11,664 bases of DNA from Candidatus Rokuibacteriota bacterium (GTDB taxonomy: Bacteria; Methylomirabilota; Methylomirabilia; Rokubacteriales; CSP1-6), in NCBI GenBank assembly GCA_016184305.1, contig JACPCX010000092.1:1-11664 (forward strand), in the 5' to 3' direction. A program made the translations under genes and the position numbers. Positions 6,088-11,664 of the stretch are shown here, piece by piece. Within the stretch, counting starts at the first letter, position 1. The number at the start of each line of letters is the position of its first letter. Below the pieces are notes generated by a model, which was not told the origin of the DNA, did not search any database, and saw nothing but the letters and a program-made list of their open reading frames with translations.

Positions 6088-8508
6088 TCAGACCTCGACG
6101 CCCGCCGGCACGGCCAGCCGGAAGATGCGCGCCGGCTCTTCCACGTTCCTGAGCCTCCGCTCTCCGAGATCCTCCAGCGGGAACTCCTCGCCGAGACGGC
6201 GCCGCGTCTCGACGCCGATGAAGACCGACTCCCCTTCGCCCAGCGCCGCCAGCCGCGCCGCCACGTTGGTGACTGGTCCCGAGGCGGTGTAGACCCAGCG
6301 GGTGCCCGCCTTGCCCTCGATCTTGGTGGCACCGACGGCGGCGACGCCGGAGTTCACGCCGACGTGGAGGCGGATCGGCTCCGTGATCCCCGCAAGCTCT
6401 CCGTTGATCTGCTGGGCGCGCCGGATCACGGCTTGCGCGGTGTGGACGGCGGAGCGGGCGTGCTGCCCGGGGTCGGGGTCCTGGAAGATCACCATGAGCC
6501 CGTCGCCCGCCGTCTCGCTGACGTCGCCGCCGTGGCGGAGGATCTCATCGAGGAACGCACCGAAATATCTCTCGACGAGCTCGTTCACCTGCTCCAGGTC
6601 GAAGCGCTCGCTGAGCCGCGTGTAGCCGGCGATGTCCACGAAGAGCACCGAGACGTCCGCCTCGCGCTTGGCGAGCTCGGGAGCGTCGGGCGCCTGCTCG
6701 ATCAGCTCCTGGACGCGCCGCGGCACGAACTTCGACAGGCTGGCCCGGATGGACTCGAGGATCTGCACCCGGCGGAGCGCCGCCTGGAGCTCGAGGTTCG
6801 CCCGCTCGAGGGCGGTGTAGGCCTTGGCGTTCTCGAGCGCCACCGCGCTGTGGTTGACGAGCAGCCGGAGCAGGCGCAGGTCCTCCGTCGTGTAGGCGGC
6901 GCCGGAGCGCCGCGGGCCGAGCGCGAGCAGGCCCGTCACCCGGTCGCGAACGAGCACCGGCACCACCAGATCGGCGCCGAGCGCCGCCATCTGGGCGAGA
7001 CAGGGCTCTCTCGCCTCGCTGAAGGCTGGATCCTCCTCGAGGCGCTCGCGCGTGACCGGCATCCGGTGCCGGCCCAGGCAGGCGGGCAGCGGCGCGTCCG
7101 CGGGCAGCGGGGCGTGGCGCAACCCCGACGCCGCCACCAGCTCGAACCCGGCCCGGCCCTCGCCCAGGAGGAGCAGCGCGTGCCGCGCCGGATGGAAGGC
7201 CTCCTCGACGGTCTGGGTGATGGCCTCCACGATGCGACCCAGATCGAGAACGGTGGTCATGACCTCGGACAGGCGCTCGATGGAGCGCTGGACGTCCAGG
7301 CGCTGGCGGAAGAAGAGCCGATCCACCGTCGCCTGGGTCCGCACGTAGACGGGGTTGAGAAAGACGACCACGGCCAGCGCCACCACCGCGCTCCCGACCA
7401 GCGGCGAGTGCGCCGCGCCGAGGCTCGTGAAGGCGATGTCGAGGAGCGTGATGGCACCCGCGTAGGCGGCGATCACCAGCCCGGTGACGACCGCGTACAC
7501 GGTCCCGGCGCGGAGCACCGCGCGAACGTCGAAGAGGTTGTAGCGGACCATGGCGTAGGCCACGGTGAGGGGGAACAGGAGGCTGAGCCGCCAGATCTCG
7601 TTGAGATGCGGGACCGTCATGCCGAAGACGGCCTCGATGGTCGTGCCCGACACCGGGACGAGCTGGCCCAGGGCGAAGCCCACCATCAGGACCCTGGCGC
7701 GATGCCGGATGAGGTGGGTCTGTCCTCTCGCGCTGACCCAGCCCAGCGTCAGCACCAGGAGCGCCAGCGAGAGCCCCCAGTAGGCTGCCCCGATCGCCGG
7801 CGGAACGTACGACCAGGCGATGGGCCGCCACGGCACATTGACCTGGAGCGCGAGGGCGAGGAGCGCCGAGAGGCCGTACGGCAGCCAGAGCAGCCGGCTG
7901 CACTGCCAGGCGAACCGCTGGCCGGGCACCACGGCGGCCAGGTGGACGAAGACCGCCGGGGAGAGCGCCCACGCCGTGAGAAACAGCGGGGTGAAGCGGT
8001 AGGTCGAGTGGGCGTCGTTGTACAGGGTCATGATGAGGAACCACGCGAGACAGTAGATCAGGAAGAGGCGCGTCAGCGGCACGCCCGGCCTGAGCCAGAG
8101 GATGACGGCGCCCAGGGCAAGGAACAGCAGGGACGGCGCAAGCCCGTCCAGCAGGTAGCGGTGAAAGCCGTGCAGGGTCGCGCGCTGCGTCGCCACGTCC
8201 GACTCGACGAGCCGGCCGCGGCGCGTGACGAGGTAGTGGATCGTCGTGCCCGGCGGGTGGCGCCAGGCCTCCTCCTGGATCTCGCGCCCGGAGGTCAGCA
8301 GCTGGCCGTTCATGGCGCGGACCAGATCGAAGGGCTCGAGCCCGCCCTTCTCGAGGCCCCCCACGGCAACCAGGAGGTTCTCCATGACGGCGAAGCCGGG
8401 GTTCGGCTGGCCGACCCGACGCCGCTGGTCCCACGTGGTCTGCGCGCCCACGAGGAGGGCCAGCGCCAGGAGGCCCCAGCAGAGAGCCTTCTCGCGGGAG
8501 GCGCTCAC
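6088..8508 (-). CDS. Membrane-bound class III nucleotide cyclase: PDZ-like + multi-TM + GAF + coiled coil + cyclase domain
   Basis: GLEPFDLVRAMNGQLL (PDZ-like), several TM helices, AYAMVRYNLFDV, GAF (LVVPVLVRDRVTGLLALGPRRSGAAYTTEDLRLLRLLVNHSAVALENAKAY), and cyclase motifs VSVLFVDIAGYTRLSE, ETAGDGLMVIF, LHVGVNSG, YTASGPVTNVAARL. Start uncertain (GTG 8508 or TTG 8553). Confidence 0.92.
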   Translation of the reverse strand: MSASREKALCWGLLALALLVGAQTTWDQRRRVGQPNPGFAVMENLLVAVGGLEKGGLEPFDLVRAMNGQLLTSGREIQEEAWRHPPGTTIHYLVTRRGRLVESDVATQRATLHGFHRYLLDGLAPSLLFLALGAVILWLRPGVPLTRLFLIYCLAWFLIMTLYNDAHSTYRFTPLFLTAWALSPAVFVHLAAVVPGQRFAWQCSRLLWLPYGLSALLALALQVNVPWRPIAWSYVPPAIGAAYWGLSLALLVLTLGWVSARGQTHLIRHRARVLMVGFALGQLVPVSGTTIEAVFGMTVPHLNEIWRLSLLFPLTVAYAMVRYNLFDVRAVLRAGTVYAVVTGLVIAAYAGAITLLDIAFTSLGAAHSPLVGSAVVALAVVVFLNPVYVRTQATVDRLFFRQRLDVQRSIERLSEVMTTVLDLGRIVEAITQTVEEAFHPARHALLLLGEGRAGFELVAASGLRHAPLPADAPLPACLGRHRMPVTRERLEEDPAFSEAREPCLAQMAALGADLVVPVLVRDRVTGLLALGPRRSGAAYTTEDLRLLRLLVNHSAVALENAKAYTALERANLELQAALRRVQILESIRASLSKFVPRRVQELIEQAPDAPELAKREADVSVLFVDIAGYTRLSERFDLEQVNELVERYFGAFLDEILRHGGDVSETAGDGLMVIFQDPDPGQHARSAVHTAQAVIRRAQQINGELAGITEPIRLHVGVNSGVAAVGATKIEGKAGTRWVYTASGPVTNVAARLAALGEGESVFIGVETRRRLGEEFPLEDLGERRLRNVEEPARIFRLAVPAGVEV

Positions 8509-8593
8509 GCCTGGCGGTCGATGACCCGGCTCACGGGCCGGCTGAAGGTGCAATTCGGCACGACGGCCGAGTGCTTGCCCGGGCCTCCGGCCC

Positions 8594-8815
8594 TCATCGG
8601 GGGGGCGGCGCGAAGGGGGTGGAGCGGGCCAGGAGGCGTTTGAGCGTCGCCGCCACCTCCTCGAGCACGCTCCGCTTGACCCGCACCGTGATGTTCTCGA
8701 CGGGCTCGGCGCTCCCCTTCCGGTGGATCACGAAGGTGCCGACGAACTCGGCAGCCCGCTCGTCGGTCCCCGCGAGTCCCCGCACCGTCAGCAGCTCCCA
8801 CTCGCTGTCTGCCAT
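8594..8815 (-). CDS. Small hypothetical protein (73 aa)
   Basis: MADSEWELLTVRGLAGTDERAAEFVGTFVIHRKGSAEPVENITVRVKRSVLEEVAATLKRLLARSTPFAPPPR. GC-rich third codon positions and globular composition. It is the 3' end of track ORF 8594..9712. Confidence 0.7.
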   Translation of the reverse strand: MADSEWELLTVRGLAGTDERAAEFVGTFVIHRKGSAEPVENITVRVKRSVLEEVAATLKRLLARSTPFAPPPR

Positions 8816-8867
8816 GTGGCTGTCTCGCTTCGCTGTGATTGGCATCGGTCTGTTGAATATAGCCCAT
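8816..8867. promoter_or_regulatory. AT-rich divergent promoter region
   Basis: TGTTGAATATAGCCCATATG; minus-strand TATATT at 8861-8856, between divergent starts at 8815 and 8868. Confidence 0.4.
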
Positions 8868-9279
8868 ATGTTCGTCATGGCGCTCGACGTCGGGACCAGC
8901 TCGGCCAGGGCCTTGTGCGTGCAGGCGGACGGCAGGCCGCTGCCCGGCACCGAGGCGCGCGTGGCCTGCGAGCCGCGCATCACCGGGGACGGCGGCGTGG
9001 AGATGGATCCCGAGGTCCTGCTCGCGGCTGTCGTCGAGGCCGTGTCCGCCTGCCTCGCCGGCTGCGGGGCGCGCGCCGGGGAGATCCGCGGGGTCGGCGC
9101 CTCCATGTTCTGGCACGGCCTCATGGCCCTCCACGCCACGGGACGGCCGCTCACGCCGGTCTTCACATGGGCGGACATGCGCAGCGCGCGGGCCGCGGCC
9201 GAACTGCGTCGTGTGCCGGGCCGCCATGGAGCGCCAGCGCCGCCTGTACGAGACCGTTGTGGGGCCCCGCCTGTCCTGA
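8868..9279 (+). pseudogene. FGGY-family carbohydrate kinase (gluconokinase-like) remnant with a large internal deletion
   Basis: MFVMALDVGTSSARA...EMDPEVLL...GVGASMFWHGLMAL...GRPLTPVFTWADMRSARAAAELRR (~115 aa). From ~9210 another frame gives CRAAMERQRRLYETVVGPRLS* (TGA 9277-9279), resembling gluconokinase C-termini. The family norm is ~500 aa. Confidence 0.85.
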
Positions 9280-9310
9280 GAGAATAGACGGCCAGTGGAG
9301 GCCAGAAGGC

Positions 9311-11664
9311 ATGCGCATCGCGCTCGGGTGTGATCACGCCGGCTTCGCCCTGAAGGGACCTGTCATCGCCGCCCTCGAGGCGGACGGGCACGCCATCCTC
9401 GATCTCGGAACCTTCTCCGAGGATCCGGTGGACTACCCGGACTTCGCGCGAGCCGTCGGACAGGCTGTCCTGCGCGGCTTCGTCGACGTCGGCGTCCTCG
9501 TCTGCGGCAGCGGCGTGGGCGCCTCCATCGCCGCCAACAAGCTGCGCGGCGTCCGCGCCGCCCTGTGCCACGACCTGTTCACCGCCCGCCAGAGCCGCGA
9601 GGACGACGACGCCAACGTGCTCTGCCTCGGGGCGCGCGTCCTCGACGAGGCGACGGCGGTGGAGGTCGCGCGCGCGTGGCTCGACACCCGCTTCTCGGGA
9701 GAAGAGCGGCACGCGCGGCGGATCGCCAAGATCACCCAGCTCGAGGGCGGGCTCCCGGCCCCGGAGAAGGGCTCCACGGGGGCCATTCGCCCCGCCCCCG
9801 CCCCTGGGCCGGCAATCCCCGGGGCGCCGCGACCGGCTGCGGCACCGGCTCCTCCGATACCCGTGGCGCCAGCGGCTCCGCCGGCGCCACCCGTATCACC
9901 TCCGGTCGCGCCACCGCCGCCAGCGATGGCGCCGCCGCCGGCACCCGAACCGCCGAGGCCCGAGCCCGTGGCCCAACCGGCCGCGACGCCAAGCGGTTCT
10001 TCACCGGCTCCCGAGGCGCCAGCTCCGGCCCGGCCCGCGCCGCCCGTCCTCCCTCCGCCCCCTCCCGTGATCGCTCCGCCGCCACCCGCGGCCCCTCCCG
10101 TCGCGCCGGCGCCGCCGCCCGTGGCCGCGACGCCAACGCCGGCGCCCGAGTCGCCGCGACCGCGGCCGATGGACACGCTGGCCTCGCGCGCTGCCGAGCT
10201 GATCCGTCAGGCCACCGGAGGGCGCGAGGAGGGCGAGCCGGCCTGGGGCAAGCGCGAGGGAATCATCTCGCTCGACGATGAGGTCCTGGAGGTCGTGAGC
10301 TACCACGGGCAGGACCTCGAGCCGCCCGTCGCCGAGAGCAAGCCCCCCGAGGCCCGGCGGCCCGCGCCCGAGCCGCGCGCTCCGGTCCCGGAGCCAGCGG
10401 CAGCACCGAAGCCGGCAGGGGCACCCAAACCGGCACCTCCCGCGGCCCCGCCCGCCGCGCCGAAGGCCCCCGAGCCAAAGCCCGCGCCGCCGCTGCCCCC
10501 GCCCGCCCCGCGCCCCGCGGTGGATCCGCTCACGCTCCCGGCTGTGCGCGAGGCGCTCGAGACCCTCGAGGCACAGGACTTCCAGGGCCGCATCTGGATC
10601 AAGGACGGGACGCTTTGGCCTGGCGACGTGATGGACATCCGCAACCGCCTGGGCTGGCTCACCGCGCCGACGATCATGCGTGAACACGCCGAGGACCTGA
10701 AGGCCTTCGCCGACGAGATCCGCCGGGTGCAGTTCACCCACATCGTGCTGCTCGGCATGGGGGGCTCGTCGCTCTCGAGCGAGGTCTTCACCCTGACCTT
10801 CGGCTCCAAGATGGGCTTCCCCGACCTCCTCATGCTCGACTCCACCGACCCCGGCGCCGTCAAGCGCGTCCTCGAGCGGATCACCGTGGCCCGCACGCTC
10901 TTCGTGGTCTCGACCAAGTCCGGCACCACCACGGAGACAATGTCCCTCTATGCGTGCTTCCGCAGCCTGGTGGAGGCCGCCAAGCCGCCCAAGCCCGGCA
11001 TGCAGTTCGTCGCCATCACCGATGCGGGCACGCCGCTCGAGAAGCTCGCCGCCGAGAAGGGCTTCCGCCGCACCTTCCTCAACCCCGCCACCATCGGCGG
11101 CCGCTACTCGGCGCTGTCCTTCTTCGGGCTCGTGCCGGCGGCCCTGATCGGCGTGGACATCAAGTCCCTGCTCGAGCGGGCCCAGGGCATGCTCGAGGGA
11201 TGCGGCACCGACACGGCCACCGCGGACAATCCCGGGGTGCGGCTGGGGGCGGCGCTGGGCGGGCTCGCCCGGATCGGGCGGGACAAGGTCACGCTCGTCT
11301 TCTCGGAGAAGCTCCGCGCGCTCGGCACGTGGATCGAGCAGCTCCTCGCCGAGTCCCTGGGCAAGCAGGGCAAGGGCGTCGTCCCCGTGGACGGCGAGCC
11401 CCTGGGGGCCCCGGAGGTCTATGGCGGCGACCGCGTCTTCGTGGCCGTCACCCTCGAGGGCGACACCGCGCAGGACGACGCCCTCGCCAGACTCGCCGAG
11501 GCCGGCCACCCGGTGATCCGCCTCACGCTCAAGGATCCCCTCGACCTCGGCGCCGAGTTCTTCCGCTGGGAGCTGGCGGCCGCGGCAGCGGGGGCCGTGC
11601 TCGAGCTGAACCCCTTCGACGAGCCCGACGTGGCCTCGGCCAAGGAAAAGACGGCGGCGCTGCT
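9311..11664 (+). CDS. rpiB-pgi: Fusion protein: ribose-5-phosphate isomerase B domain + long Pro/Ala-rich linker + glucose-6-phosphate isomerase domain (runs off the right edge)
   Basis: SD GGAGG at 9297-9301 and ATG at 9311; one uninterrupted frame to the window edge. RpiB: MRIALGCDHAG, VDYPDFA, LVCGSGVGASIAANK, ERHARRIAKI. PGI: RLGWL, LLGMGGSSL, DSTDP, STKSGTTTET, IGGRYSALSFFGLVP, WIEQLLAESLGKQGKG, LNPFDEPDVASAK. Confidence 0.92.
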   Translation, partial: MRIALGCDHAGFALKGPVIAALEADGHAILDLGTFSEDPVDYPDFARAVGQAVLRGFVDVGVLVCGSGVGASIAANKLRGVRAALCHDLFTARQSREDDDANVLCLGARVLDEATAVEVARAWLDTRFSGEERHARRIAKITQLEGGLPAPEKGSTGAIRPAPAPGPAIPGAPRPAAAPAPPIPVAPAAPPAPPVSPPVAPPPPAMAPPPAPEPPRPEPVAQPAATPSGSSPAPEAPAPARPAPPVLPPPPPVIAPPPPAAPPVAPAPPPVAATPTPAPESPRPRPMDTLASRAAELIRQATGGREEGEPAWGKREGIISLDDEVLEVVSYHGQDLEPPVAESKPPEARRPAPEPRAPVPEPAAAPKPAGAPKPAPPAAPPAAPKAPEPKPAPPLPPPAPRPAVDPLTLPAVREALETLEAQDFQGRIWIKDGTLWPGDVMDIRNRLGWLTAPTIMREHAEDLKAFADEIRRVQFTHIVLLGMGGSSLSSEVFTLTFGSKMGFPDLLMLDSTDPGAVKRVLERITVARTLFVVSTKSGTTTETMSLYACFRSLVEAAKPPKPGMQFVAITDAGTPLEKLAAEKGFRRTFLNPATIGGRYSALSFFGLVPAALIGVDIKSLLERAQGMLEGCGTDTATADNPGVRLGAALGGLARIGRDKVTLVFSEKLRALGTWIEQLLAESLGKQGKGVVPVDGEPLGAPEVYGGDRVFVAVTLEGDTAQDDALARLAEAGHPVIRLTLKDPLDLGAEFFRWELAAAAAGAVLELNPFDEPDVASAKEKTAAL

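Noticed and set aside
6083..6088. Intrinsic terminator between the convergent EamA and cyclase genes
   Set aside because: The gap is only 4 bp and there is no stem-loop with a U-tract.
6088..8553. Pycsar-type anti-phage cyclase
   Set aside because: It has a membrane sensor/GAF signalling architecture, and no adjacent cNMP-binding TM or TIR effector is present.
6364..8643. 759-aa (+) and 629-aa (-) ORFs overlapping the cyclase
   Set aside because: Shadow or alternative frames with Arg/Gly/Pro-rich composition; the cyclase frame explains the region.
9750..10520. CRISPR array or DNA tandem repeat
   Set aside because: The low complexity comes from Pro/Ala codons with varied third positions; there is no repeat-spacer periodicity.
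9433..11509. Gly-rich minus-strand ORFs (9433..10176, 10001..11509)
   Set aside because: Antisense reading of the Pro-rich linker and the PGI domain.

Overview
High-GC bacterial window; the gene styles are reminiscent of Ca. Rokubacteria/Methylomirabilota (inference only). Minus strand, right to left from 5085: mmsB-like 3-hydroxyisobutyrate dehydrogenase, a 125-bp palindromic element, an intact nitrilase, an intact putative antitoxin, a ParE/RelE toxin broken by an internal deletion, a ~603-bp ~95%-identical decayed copy of the nitrilase 3' half, and the 5' part of a DUF748/AsmA-like protein. Next come an EamA/DMT transporter (+) converging on a membrane PDZ-like/TM/GAF/class III cyclase (-) with a guanylyl-cyclase-like Glu, and a small hypothetical gene (-). 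On the right (+) are a gluconokinase-like FGGY kinase remnant and a single long ORF, missed by the ORF track, that fuses RpiB to a glucose-6-phosphate isomerase through a ~255-aa Pro/Ala-rich linker with an embedded low-proline island. All comparisons were done by eye; no database searches were run.
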